DNA of 64,000 nucleotides from Octopus sinensis (taxonomy: Eukaryota). The notes beneath the pieces are model-generated. The model saw nothing but the letters and a program-made list of their open reading frames with translations. It searched no databases and was not told the DNA's origin. The translations under genes and the position numbers were made by a program. Below are positions 24,956 to 37,200 of the stretch, piece after piece (the first letter of the stretch is position 1; every line of letters starts with the position of its first letter). The stretch lies in NCBI RefSeq assembly GCF_006345805.1, contig NC_043000.1:140368001-140432000 (forward strand), given 5' to 3'.

Positions 24956-24992
<37 letters not shown>

Positions 24993-25000
<8 letters not shown>

Positions 25001-25201
25001 TATCAAAGTAAAAGATATGTAATTTAAAACTATGAATAAAATAATATTTAAATATAATATATATATAAAAAAGCAAAAATATACATGTATATATATATAT
25101 TATATATATATATTATATATATATCAAAGTAAAAGATATGTAATTTAAAACTATGAATAAAATAATATTTAAATATAATATATATATAAAAAAGCAAAAA
25201 T

Positions 25202-25240
<39 letters not shown>
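24993..25240. repeat. 121-bp tandem duplication in TA-rich flank of the PLE
   Basis: tcaaagtaaaagatatgtaatttaaaactatg...aaaagcaaaaatatacatg occurs at ~25003 and ~25124. Confidence 0.85.
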
Positions 25241-25245
<5 letters not shown>

Positions 25246-25414
25246 GTATAAGTATATATATATATATTAAATGGATATGCCTTTCAGGACGCAAGTTTGT
25301 CAGTGGGATTTAAATCGGGTAAGTTTTTATACAAATCACCTGATCTACTTTTAGATCACATGATTTACTTTTAGAAAAACAAAACTTCTTTCTTAGTCCT
25401 TGAATCCAAACTCA

Positions 25415-25885
25415 AATGAAGTTTACAGAAAGCTGAAAGGGAAAGTGCAGATTTCTCTAAGGAAAGTTAAACAGGAATGGTGGAATGATAGAGCAAAAGG
25501 GGCACAAGAGTAGCTGATAGAAATGATGCTCGAGGATTTGTACTATTATGTTAAAGAGGTATATGGCCCAAAATCATCTGCAATAGCTCTGATGAGAACA
25601 GCAAATGGACATTTGCTTCTGACTGACGCTGCTTTTATTCATAAACGCTGAGTAGAACATTTTTCTGCACTTTTGAACAGACCAAAATATGTCTGATGAA
25701 ATTTGTACAGAGATCTTGGAATATGGTGTGACAAAACGTTTGAACTCTTGAATATATTAATTTGTCCCTATTGGAGACCTGAGAAAGTGCCTCAAGACTG
25801 AATTGATATCATTTTAGTTTCCTCTTATAAATCGGGGCCAAATGATCTATGCAGTAATTTTCGTGTGGTTTCACTTTTGTCTGTA
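25415..25885 (+). mobile_element. RTE-clade LINE relic (inter-domain region and start of RT)
   Basis: EVYRKLKGKVQISLRKVKQEWWNDRA...VKEVYGPK...DGHLLLTD-like...KR*VEHFSALLNR, then EKVPQD*...YK...CSNFRVVSLLS. Confidence 0.8.
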
Positions 25886-25906
25886 AACCCACTGAACCTT
25901 ATTCAC

Positions 25907-25967
25907 CTGCACTGGTACTTCTTGTACACCAAATCTTGGTAAAATCATTGAATTGGTTGGCAGAAAC
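25907..25967 (-). other. Candidate 61-nt exon of an unidentified host transcript
   Basis: ttttag|GTTTCTGCC...CCAGTGCAG|gtgaat. Two frames are open (FLPTNSMILPRFGVQEVPVQ or VSANQFNDFTKIWCTRSTSA). Confidence 0.2.
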
Positions 25968-26018
25968 CTAAAAATGCTCTTGTAACTTACTCTACATACA
26001 TACATACATACAAGCATG

Positions 26019-26068
<50 letters not shown>

Positions 26069-29000
26069 CATGCACACACACAAAATACTTTTACAAGCAG
26101 AGGGGGACAGTAACATCGATAATTTGGTCATTCTCATTTCTTGTTAAATTATAATAAATATGCACTTTATAGAAAGTATTGAGTATTTCTTCCGTTTAAT
26201 GTTAAACTGCTTTCATTATAACGCAACATAAAAATAAGCATTAATGTGCATGCATGTGTGTGTGTATGTGTGTGTGTGTGCACTTATATGTAGAGAGAGT
26301 GGAGAAAACAGATGTGTGTATATAAGTGTGTGTATGTGTATGTTTGTGCAAAGAAATATTAAGTTCAAATTGTAAATCTTTATTACTATTGTAAATCTAA
26401 ATTACTGTGTGGTAAGTAGCTTGCTAACCAACCACATGGTTCCGGGTTCAGTCCCACTGCGTGGCATCTTGGGCAAGTGTCTTCTGCTATAGCCCCTTGG
26501 TGACAGTCAAGGTCTCGTCTACACCATGAATGAATATGGCTAGCTATGTGACATCCATGTCTGTGCTCTCATCAATTGCAAACCATATGTATCACCAGGT
26601 AGGATATTTTGTACACATTTTCAGCTGACTATTCTGATTAGAACTATTTGACAACATCTAAAGTGTCTTAGCATGATGTACCACTTCTTACATTGACGTA
26701 GTGTTCGCCCACATTAAGGGAGATAACTTTCATAAAAGCTAAGATAATAGATGAACCCATGAATTAAAGAAAAATATGAAAAGAGGGTTAAATTGGAATA
26801 AGTCAGACTTGCAAGTAAATCATTTTGCCCTCTTTAGCATCAGCATTTTACATCGTATATTAATATTCAAATGTCCAAATAAGATAAGTTGGAATGAGAC
26901 AGGATATGAGTGAATATGATAGAGTTAATAGAATAAGAGGAAAACTATAGACTAAGTATTAAATAATACAGAAATAAATGAATGAATAAATGGAATAGCC
27001 AGAGGGAGTTATGTAGCTATACCATTTAATCATTATCCTATTTTTATATTCATTTATTCATATTTATTTATTCATCAATTACTTACCGCTTATCATATAT
27101 CCTATTTTATATACAGTATTCTATTTACTCTATCCCATCTGTTTTATGCCTTTATTTATCCTTTCCTGATTCATCCAACTACACTATATTCAAGCAATTT
27201 TACTTGATTAATAACCATCATCATCATCTTTATCCTTATCTAGTGAGCACATTGCATCCTTATGGACATAAGCTGTTTTGAGTTTGCTGTATTTTGAGGC
27301 TACTTTTAGTTCACTCGAAGAAACCACTTTAGCATATTGGAGCTCTAGATGAAATTTTGAAATCTGAAGGCACTGCTAAGATAACAAAACATGCCCATCC
27401 CTTTCTATGTTCAAACTACTGTCTAGGACACTTATTTCATTTATCAATCTCCCACCACCGAAAACAAAGCAAAGCTGACCTTTACGAATTTGTATTCAAA
27501 TCATAGAAAGCTGAAACAAGTAAACACCACTCGTTACATTAGGCATTCTAACAACTGAGCCAGTACAGATACAAGTGAGAATAGTGCAGATGCAAAAGAG
27601 TACAGAAGAGTTTACAAATAGTTTTGGTTCCTCTAACACAAGATTGCATTACCTAACCAATAATAAAAGCTTATCATTCTCATCAATTTAGTTGTTGAAT
27701 ATTTCTAATTAGTATTGCAAGCTGGGGTGCCGAATATGAAATATCATGCTGGGAGAACCTCAGCATTCATCTAAATCTAGGTCTAACAAATGAAACTAAT
27801 TATTTTCAGTTATTTTTAGATTCTTCTTTTTGATATCAAATACTTTTCCTTCTACTCAATATTTCCTTTCTACTCAATATTTACAAATTAAATTCTGCAA
27901 TAAATTACTTCTTGGGGAATTAACAGAAATTTATATTCACATGCACACACACACACACATCAATAGTTATTCTTCTAAATCTTTTAGTTTTCAGTCAAAG
28001 GAGTTTAGCTATACTGGGGTTCTATCTTAAAGTGTTTGATTTTTCAAATCAACTTGAGCACTCATCTTGAAGTTTGCTACTTTATTACATCGGTCAATTT
28101 TTGCTGAACCACTAAGTTATAGAGAGGTAAACAAAACGACATCAAATGTAAGGCAGTGACAAAGTTAAACAAATGTGAGGACACACATACATACAGACAC
28201 AGGCACAAATTTGTACATATGTGCATATACCTATACACATATCCACAATGAGTTTGGTTGGCACTGAGGTAAAAATAAAATAGTTATGTATTAAATAATA
28301 GAATTTAGAATTGTTGTACATATTTATTTGACCTATCGTTTGGGAAAAAGTTTTCAGCAATACAATATATCATATGCTATTACAGTGTCATAAATTTATA
28401 GTAGAATCTGATATATAGAAAAATATTCAACTGCCTTTGGGTAACATAATATGTAAGTAAATATTGCTAGAAATTAAATATCAAAATATCTATGAAGTTT
28501 CAGGATGAAATGATTTATGTGTAATGTATAATAATGTAAAAAAAAAATACATTAGAATGTTCAATAGTGAATATGAAATTTAAATTCAAGTATAGTTATG
28601 AAAAAAATTAAAATGTCTAGTCAAAACTAGATAAAATGTTTCAAATAAAAGTAAATCAATAAAAATTAATGTATAAAACACAGACAGGTTAAGCAATTTA
28701 ATCAGTTAGCAGATGCTTGCTTCTAGTCTTTTACTAAAAATAGTTGCTTAATACAACTTCTGTGAAACATGTGAGTGAAGGTAGCTCATTTCTAAGTTCA
28801 ATTATTTTATTAAAAAATTACGTGTGTCATGGTTAAACCGAAAAATATGCAATCTAAAAATTGACCTCAAATACTTTGACATGGATGCTAACTAGAAAAA
28901 AATCACAAGTAACATCAAGTTGGTTATTAATTTCTCTTTACATCATGGTTAAATCTCTAATACTCTATGTTCTAGTGTTAGTAAATGAGAAAAATATTTA

Positions 29001-29697
29001 GCATATAATGTTATCTACACACTTTTATAAATCATCTACATAGACCAAATATTAAACTTGGTCATAGAAAATTATCCTGCAGCACTTTGGAAGTAATTAA
29101 ACAAGTATCTGAAGAAACACTAGTAAATGAAACAGAAAACTTTCAATCAATTCAGTAATTTACCTGTCACATGAAACTTAATTAGTTATTTTAAAATCAA
29201 TTTTGGAAGCAAAACATTATCAAATGCTTTAACAAAACCCAGATATAATTTATCAAATGTCAATTATTATCACAAAGTTTCATCCATTCCTTTAAATGCA
29301 TTAAAAGTTAACTATCTCTTAATCTTTTAGATGTGAATCCAAGCTGTAAATCGAATATAAAGCTATTTGCTTCTTAAAAAATGTACAAATTTTCTTTAAT
29401 TATCACTTTCATAACTATATTAGTAGCGGCAAACAAATGGGACGATTATTTGTAACTTCTGATAGGAAAGTCTTTTCAAGTAAACGAAATTTTTGAAATT
29501 TTCCACTGACTGGGAATTGTTCTAGCTTAAAATAGAAATATAAAATTTTAAAAAGTCATTCTGAAATTTAATGTGTTAAGTTTTTAAGAAATAGTGAAGA
29601 ATACCATCTGGACCCGACAATCTTTCAAATTCAATTTTGAAAGATAATCAAAAACAGTATCAGATTTAAATCTTTAGCAAAAGTTTCATCTCAGTAA

Positions 29698-29732
<35 letters not shown>

Positions 29733-31935
29733 AACAACAACTTATTTAAATTATTCTTTCATGTAAATCCTCGAGAATTAATTACCCCCAGAAAGTGCTA
29801 CACGTATTTTGTCTTTACAACTTAAACTAGATTTACTATATTTTCAGTCTCTCTTATCAGATTTAGAGCTTAATACATGTACTTCGTAGTTAAATATCTC
29901 AAAGACCTAAAGTTTCAAGCCATACATGAAACAAATTTTAATATTTAGAGACACTAAAATTATTCTTATGTTTCTTAAGCAACTTTTCTGTTTCCTATGT
30001 AATATTCATATGATGATATATCAGACTGTGCCCAGTAGAATGAAACAAAGTAACAAAATTCAGTTATACATGCACAAAAAAACAAAATGCTAGAAAATTT
30101 ACAGAAAACTGAAAACCAGTCAACTGTTGTGCAGTAGACAAAAAAAAATAACAACATTGTTTAGTTTACATAAGTAGAAATAGTGTTATAGTAGTTAATT
30201 TCAAATAGCAAAATTTAAGTATCATATTATTATCATTGGCTATAATATATGGTTTCATTGTTCTTTTAATCTAAAAATGATCTGAATTTGGAAAAAAAAA
30301 AGATTTGTATTCATAATTTTTGTTATCAAGACAACTTCAATTATAAAGATTAAATCTAAAATATTGCTACAGTTATGAGATGAAAATAATATAACAAAAA
30401 TATTCTAAACCAATTTCTATAAAGTTATTGTAAAAGTTATTATCAGTAGTTGAATGATTTGATGTAAAATTGTCCCTTTTATGGAATGGTTAATTACAGT
30501 CTCCATAAAATAGTATTTTGTATTTTAAGTTTTAAAGTTTACGAATATGACGAATGATGGAATATGTTAACATGACATAATTACCCAAAAGAGAGTAGAA
30601 ATACTCACCTAGTTATGTGTTCAGGCATGGCTGTATGATGGGAAATTTGCTTCCCAATCACATGGTTCCAAGATTTGTCTCACTGTGGGGCACTTTGAGG
30701 AAGTGCCTTCTTACGTCTCTTTTATTTCTTTATTGCCTATAAGGGGCTAAATATAGAGGGGACAAACAAGGACAGACAAACGAATTAAGTCGATTACATC
30801 AACTCCAGTGCATAACTGGTACTTAATTTATTGACCCCAAAAAGATGAAAGGGAAAGTTGACCTCAGCAGAATTTGAACTCAGAACATAACAGCAGACGA
30901 AATACCGCTAAGCATTTCGCTCGGCATGCTAATATTTCTGCCCACTTGCCGCCTTAGCAAGTGCTTTCTACTGAGGCCAATCAAAGCTTTGTGAGTGGTG
31001 TCAGTAGACGGAAACTGTAAGACCATTGTAGATATACATATGTATACATAACGACACACATAGATATATACATCATACATATAAATATCTACATATCTAT
31101 GTGTGTATGTGCTTTTGTGTATCATTCAGCAACTGGTATTAGTTTTTGATATCTCGGTAACTTAGTGGCTTGGCGAAACAGACTGATAGAATAAGCACCA
31201 GATTTTAAAAATTAGTATTGTGGTTGAACTGTTTCACTAAAACCTTCAAATTAGTGCCCCATTATGGCTGCAGTCCAATGACTGCAACAAGTCAAAGATA
31301 AAGACAGTTGTAGAAAGGGTTTCTTATTTTAGTTGGTTTGGAGTTAGAACAAAGACCCATTAAGATTGACTTTTTAAAAAGTGTTGGATTTTTTTATGCT
31401 TTCAAAAATAAACTTGGGTAAAATAAAAATTCCTCATTCACCATGAAAAGCTTGAAATTTCTCATTACAATGAACAATTTTGTGTTAAAGGAATATCAAC
31501 TTGTTTATTTTGTTTGAAAAGAAGAAAACAGAATAAAAGGTAAGCTAACTTTTCATTAACATTATGCGCCAATCCAAGACACCAGCTAATATTGTTTGAC
31601 ACTAAGATTTTGCAATAAGATGTTGGCTACTGCTTTAAAAATGATATTTCTATTTCTTATTGTGAACTTCACAGTTTAAGTCCTTGAGAAAATAACAATT
31701 TTAATTATATTTTTCATGTAAAGGATACAAAATAATTTCATATTTTCATAATTATCAACAGTATTATTCACATATTATAATAACAATTATCATCAAGAAT
31801 AACGAGTAGAAAAAGTAGGGGACATTGTAGATTTTAGTTGCATCCCTTTTTGGTGCTGGAATTTTGTCTGATGTGTTTGCCTTGTCAAAGGAGGTGTTGA
31901 TGATGTTGCTGACATCATCATTATTATTATTATTT

Positions 31936-32454
31936 AGTGAGAGAGCAGTGCATGCTATCAAAGTGATACTGGGGTAAAATATACGAAGCCCAGTATGTCC
32001 ATCATGACTACACTTCTGATAAGTGTACACAAAGCACATGCATCACAACCATATAAACAGTGCATTACCTTGCAGGTGGGGCCCAGATAGAATTTTTTTC
32101 AGGTCAAGTATCCCATCCCACTCAAATGGTCCTTGAATAAGGCTTGTTTAAGGATGTTGAATGAAACACCCATGTTTTCTGTAGTGAATTATACAAACCC
32201 TAAAGAATTCCTGTCAACACATGGCTGTGATGTTCCCTGACTACTTTCACTTGTGATCAGGGATGCACATATCATCAGCCACTAAGGGACATGCTCAACT
32301 GGTTAAGGTCAAGCAACTGACAAGCAAATCTGTGATACTGAACAGAATATTTGCTGTAGCCCATCTTTTATATCAAGACAAAACAAAGTACATGCTAACA
32401 CTTTCAATCAGTTAAGATCAGAAGCCATGAGAGCCACTGCCAGGTACTGTATCA
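31936..32454. mobile_element. ~550-bp interspersed repeat family D embedded in (ATT)n
   Basis: gagtgagagagcagtgcatg...gccactgcctggtactgcatca, with (ATT)n on both sides. Confidence 0.8.
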
Positions 32455-33176
32455 GGAAATTTTATCATTATTTATTATTATTATTATTATTAGCATACCC
32501 ATGTCATCAAGAATACCAATAAAGATAGGAAATGGCACATGAAAACAATGGAAGAAACCATTGATAAATGTTAGCAGTCAAGTAGATTTATGTAGAAATA
32601 CAGAATTGGAGAACTTGGACAATCATATATGGTTATAACGTCTCTGTTAAAAACATCATCATCAATCTAAAGTATGTATGCATGCATGAGTGAATCAAAC
32701 ATCTGCACTTCTATGATTGCATTGATCAGACAAATTTTCTATAGGTGGATACCATTTCCATTGCCATCCCTCACCCGTTTCCAAGTAAGGTAATATATCA
32801 CCATGCTCAGACATGATTACATCGAAGATTGGAAACAAGGACCACCTCTTGCATGACATAGACAGTAAAAGAAACATGCCCAAATATACATCTAGTGGAT
32901 TGATGGTGTAACCATGATGTTTGATGTTCTGGTGATCTGATATGCTAACTTGCTTTATTTCCATTGGTTAATGTGAATAAACATTTGTAGTGAATAATGT
33001 TGTGTGTAGATATTAATTCTAATATGTAACCATTTAACAATGTAACAATGCAGACATGTAACCATTCTTTGTCTCACACTGAAATTAATTTTGTATGATG
33101 AAAATAACATTTGCGGAGATGTACTCGCATAGCAAGTGATTTGATCTGAGATCATATGCTGGAACGAAAACAATTG

Positions 33177-33462
33177 CAGCGTGGAAGGTGTTTGTAAGCC
33201 ATTTAGGAAACACACAAAAGCTGTTCGATTCACATCAACATTTAAGTTTAATTTGTCAAAATATTTTCGTCGCTATAAGACCGCGACCTGTTCACTGACA
33301 AAAATCCGTGCTGCATCCATGCATGCAGCACGGATTTTTGTCAGTGAACAGGTCGCGGTCTTATAGCGACGAAAATATTTTGACAAATTAAACTTAAATG
33401 TTGAAGTGAATCGAATGGCTTTTGTGTGTTTCTTAAATGGCTTACAAACACCTTCCACGCTG
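33177..33462. repeat. 286-bp near-perfect palindrome (140-bp arms, 6-nt loop)
   Basis: cagcgtggaaggtg...gctgcat[ccatgc]atgcagc...caccttccacgctg, with about 4 mismatches. Confidence 0.95.
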
Positions 33463-34320
33463 AAAATAACATTGACAGAAACAAAGGAGATGGAAATCAC
33501 CCAAAACATAGTTATGAAAAAGACAGCTCTCGTTATTATTCCTCAAATGTCCACATGCAAGCTTTAAACACACACAATTTACCTGATCTGCATTGCTTCC
33601 ATGGACAGAGACCTCAAATATATCTACTAATTATTTAATTCCAGCGAAGTCCATTTAAATAATCATGAACAACAAAAAATTTATTCCCTCAAGTCACTAA
33701 ATGCTCTAGGTATGCCTTACCATTTCTAATAATTTCTCTAGTTGATCTTACCTCCTCTATCTTTCTATCGATAACTTAATATACCAAAAACTAATATTGC
33801 TATAATTGTCCTTGATTGATCATCATTTGTGTACGAACTAATATGTTTGCTTCTTTGCATAATTTTCATACAAAAGCATTGTAAAATATCAAGCCAGAAT
33901 AACAAATATTTGTTACAACCAACAGGACTAATAAATTGTACACAGTTTCATATTTTACTTCTGTCAAATTGATGTTTTTGTAGCAGACTTATGATGAAAA
34001 ATGTTTGTTTTGACAGGTCTAGGAAGCCAGAAGGCTGCGCCAGGCCCAGTCTGATCTGGCAATGTTTCTAGGAAGGGCATCCAGCTGTAGAAACACTGCC
34101 AGATCAGACTGGGCCTGGCGCAGCCTTCTGGCTTCCCAGACCCCAGTTGAACCGTCCAACTCATGTTAGCATGGAAAGTGGACGTTAAATGATGATGATG
34201 ATGATGATGATGATGATGCATTATTCAATGTGAAGAAGACTACCATTTTAGGGATATTTTACTATTACTTCTAGCAAGTCAAACAAATATCTAGAGATTA
34301 TGATGATAACACATACTTTA

Positions 34321-34667
34321 TTCTTTTGCTTGTTTCAGTCATTTGACTGCAGTCAAGCTGAAGCACCACCTTCAATCAAACAAATCGACCCCAGGACTTA
34401 TTCTTTGTAAACCTAGTACTTATTCTGCCGGTCTCTTTTGCCGAACTGCTAAAGTTACAGGGATGTAAACACAGACACAGAAATACACATACACACACAC
34501 ACACATACATATGATAGGCTTCTTTCAGTTTCCGTCTACCAAATCCACTCACACGGCTTTGGCTGGCTTGAGGCTATAGCAGAAGATACTTGCCTGAAGT
34601 GCCATGTAGTGGGACTGAACCCAGAACCATGTGGTTGGGAAGCAAGCTTCTTACCACACAGCCACTC
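34321..34667 (-). mobile_element. SINE family A
   Basis: Reverse-complement copy. Confidence 0.8.
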
Positions 34668-34928
34668 GATTCATAATTGAAATTATTAGACATTTTATGA
34701 CTGTCTTTAGGCAGAAATATATTTTAGGCAGATAAAAATATATTACTTGTTTCTGCCTGATTAATTAGTTGTTCCTGAGAGAAAACAACTTAACATAAGA
34801 ATTTAGTTGCCAAATGCTGTTTCTCTCTTTATTTGTTCTGTTCATTTTTCCTTTGACTACTGACAATTCAGTCTTAATTTCAAGCCTTACAACAGAAATT
34901 ATGTGGCTCTAATATTTATATACAAGTA

Positions 34929-35345
34929 GGCGCAGGAGTGGCTGTGTGGTAAGTAGCTTGCTAACCAACTGCATGGTTCCGGGTTCAGTCCCACTGCGTG
35001 GCATCTTGGGCAAGTGTCTTCTGCTATAGACCCGGGCCGACCAATGCCTTGTGAGTGGATTTGGAAGACGGAAACTGAAAGAAGCCCATCGTATATATAT
35101 ATACGTGTTTGTTTGTGTGTCTGTGTTTGTTTGTGTGTCTGTGTTTGTCCCCCTAGCATTGCTTGACAAACGATGCTGGTGTGTTTATGTCCCCGTTACT
35201 TAGCGGTTCGGCAAAAAAGACCGATAGAATAAGTACTGGGCTTACAAAAAGAATAAGTCCCGGGGTCGAGTTGCTCGACTAAAGGCGGTGCTCCAGCATG
35301 GCTGCAGTCAAATGACTGAAACAAGTAAAAGAGAGAAAAGAGAGA
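34929..35345 (+). mobile_element. SINE family A
   Basis: Full-length copy. Confidence 0.85.
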
Positions 35346-35734
35346 AGTAAATCAGAAGATGTAGGCCAATTCCTGTATCTTCTGTAGCTTTCCTAGGCAA
35401 ACGGATCCATGAGATTAACATGGCTGAGGTTAATATTGAACATCTTTTGAGAGAACATGAGAAAAGTAGATGTTTCAAAGAGTTTCCCTTTTAATTAAGA
35501 AGAACTGGGCTAAGTTTTCTGCCAAGTATTCCAAGTGGGACACAGTAATTGTGATGGGCACAGAAGAAATTGAGTTTGACTGAGGAGGAAGCAGAGAGCT
35601 AGTTCAGAGTAATAGATGTTTCAGTACTGCTTCATTTGAAATAGTAAAGGCAGGGAGAAAAGAAACCATGTGTCTGTGAGCCAAAAAAAGGATTGTTAGT
35701 GAGGAAATCACAACCAATCACTAAATAGTTTGTG

Positions 35735-36072
35735 GAGGCGCAATGGCCTAGTGGTTAGGGCAGCGGACTGGTGGTCATAGGATCGTGGTTTTGATTCCCA
35801 GACCGGGCGCTGTGAGTTTTTATTGAGCGAAAACACCTAAAGCTCCACGAGGCTCCAGCAGAGGATGGTGGCGAACCCTGCTGTACTCTTTCACCACAAC
35901 TTACTCTCACTCTTACTTCTTGTTTCTGTTGTGTCTGTAATTCAAAGAGCCAGCCATGTCACACTCTGTGCCATGCTGAATATCCCTGAGAACTACGTTA
36001 AGTGTACACGTGTCTGTGGAGTGCTCAGCCACTTGCACGTTAATTTCACGAGCAGGCTGTTCCGTTGATCGG
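35735..36072 (+). mobile_element. SINE with family B head and family C tail
   Basis: 5' part matches 3617-3800. 3' part (~35935-36072) matches 1685-1822. Confidence 0.7.
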
Positions 36073-36979
36073 AGTGCCAACAACAACTAAATAGCTTAAA
36101 CATATCTCAAGTAATGGGTAAGATGGGAAGTTCAACAATGTGGACATTTGCCTTTTCTCAAAAAGTAAAGCTGTTATCATAATCCCCCAAAAAGCTGTGG
36201 TTCAGAAAAAAGAATTGTGAAATTGAAAACTGGGGAAAGATGAAGGTCAGTGCTTTATGGTGGAGTTTGAAGTGGTGTGAATTGAGTGGAAGATGCATGA
36301 AGCTGGAGAAGTAAAATATTGGAAACAGTTGTCAATTAGTTGCTAGCTACACGTCAATGGCCCAGTGGGATGGAATAGTATATAAAAGAGAAAGATATGT
36401 AATATGGAAAGGAGACTAGGAACAAAGCGATGCATGTGTTATCATATACATGATAACATGGTAACATAGACATCACTCAAAAGGTTGTTCTAAAAGAACA
36501 CTTGTTTCAACAGCTCAAAAGTAATATACATTGATCTACCCAAAGGAATACGACTCCCACAGAAGCAATTTATATAACTGTTCATATTCAGTAATTCATG
36601 AAATCGTTTATTTCCTTAGATATAATTTTTTACTTTCTATATTTGTTTTAGTATATTTTTTCTGAGGAAAGAAGTTGATTCCTTATTCTTTTGCAGAGTA
36701 GCTAACATTATAAAATAATACACAATCTACCACTTGCATGCTAACAGGGAATAAAGAATTAGAAAAAGCCAAAGAAAATAACCCAGTCAAAAGGATTGTA
36801 TTTTCCATTTTGAATGTGGCCATGCATACTTTTAGTTTTTGGTTAGTGTTCTGTTATAAAACTAAGATGTATAATTATCTATGCTTTCAAAGAAGGAAAA
36901 TCAGGAAGCAAGGCAAAGCTTACCATATGTTTAATTTCGTTAATACATATATGGGAGTTTAAATCATCCTCTTTCATTT

Positions 36980-37200
36980 TTGGCGGTGAGCTGGCAGAAA
37001 CATTAGCATGCCAGGCGAAATGCTTAGTGGTATTTTGTCTGTCTTTATGCTCTGAGTTCAAATTCTGCCGAGGTCAACTTTGCTTTCATCCTTTCAGGGG
37101 TCAATAAATTAAGTACCAGTTGTGTACAGGGGTCGATCTAATCGACTGGCCCCCTCCCCAAAAATGTTGTGCCTCGTGCCTAGAGTAGAAAAGATTTATC
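36980..37200 (+). mobile_element. tRNA-derived SINE family F
   Basis: ggtgagctggcagaaac head, gagttcaaattc B box, gtcaactttgctttcatcctttcaggggtcaataaattaagtaccag body. Reverse copies at ~30720-30955 and ~59500-59625. Confidence 0.7.

Larger units (their letters stand above)
15160..24965 (-). mobile_element. Penelope-like retroelement (C-terminal EN+, probably Hydra clade), 5'-truncated, with long inverted pseudo-LTRs, inserted in (TA)n
   Basis: RT and GIY-YIG coding remnants at 21368-19787 (-). Arm 21366-24965 is the reverse complement of 15241-~17831 plus one extra ~1-kb unit. (TA)n tracts flank both ends (15121-15159, 24963-24993). A hammerhead motif lies near both termini. Confidence 0.93.

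Noticed and set aside
32695-32964. Possible old PLE RT relic (GMAMEMVS resembling GxAMGxxxS)
   Set aside because: A single degenerate motif with no catalytic DD nearby.
35380-36330. CR1/L2-like LINE remnants flanking the B/C SINE
   Set aside because: Only vague motif similarity (SFF*TTAFWG). Could not be supported without a search.
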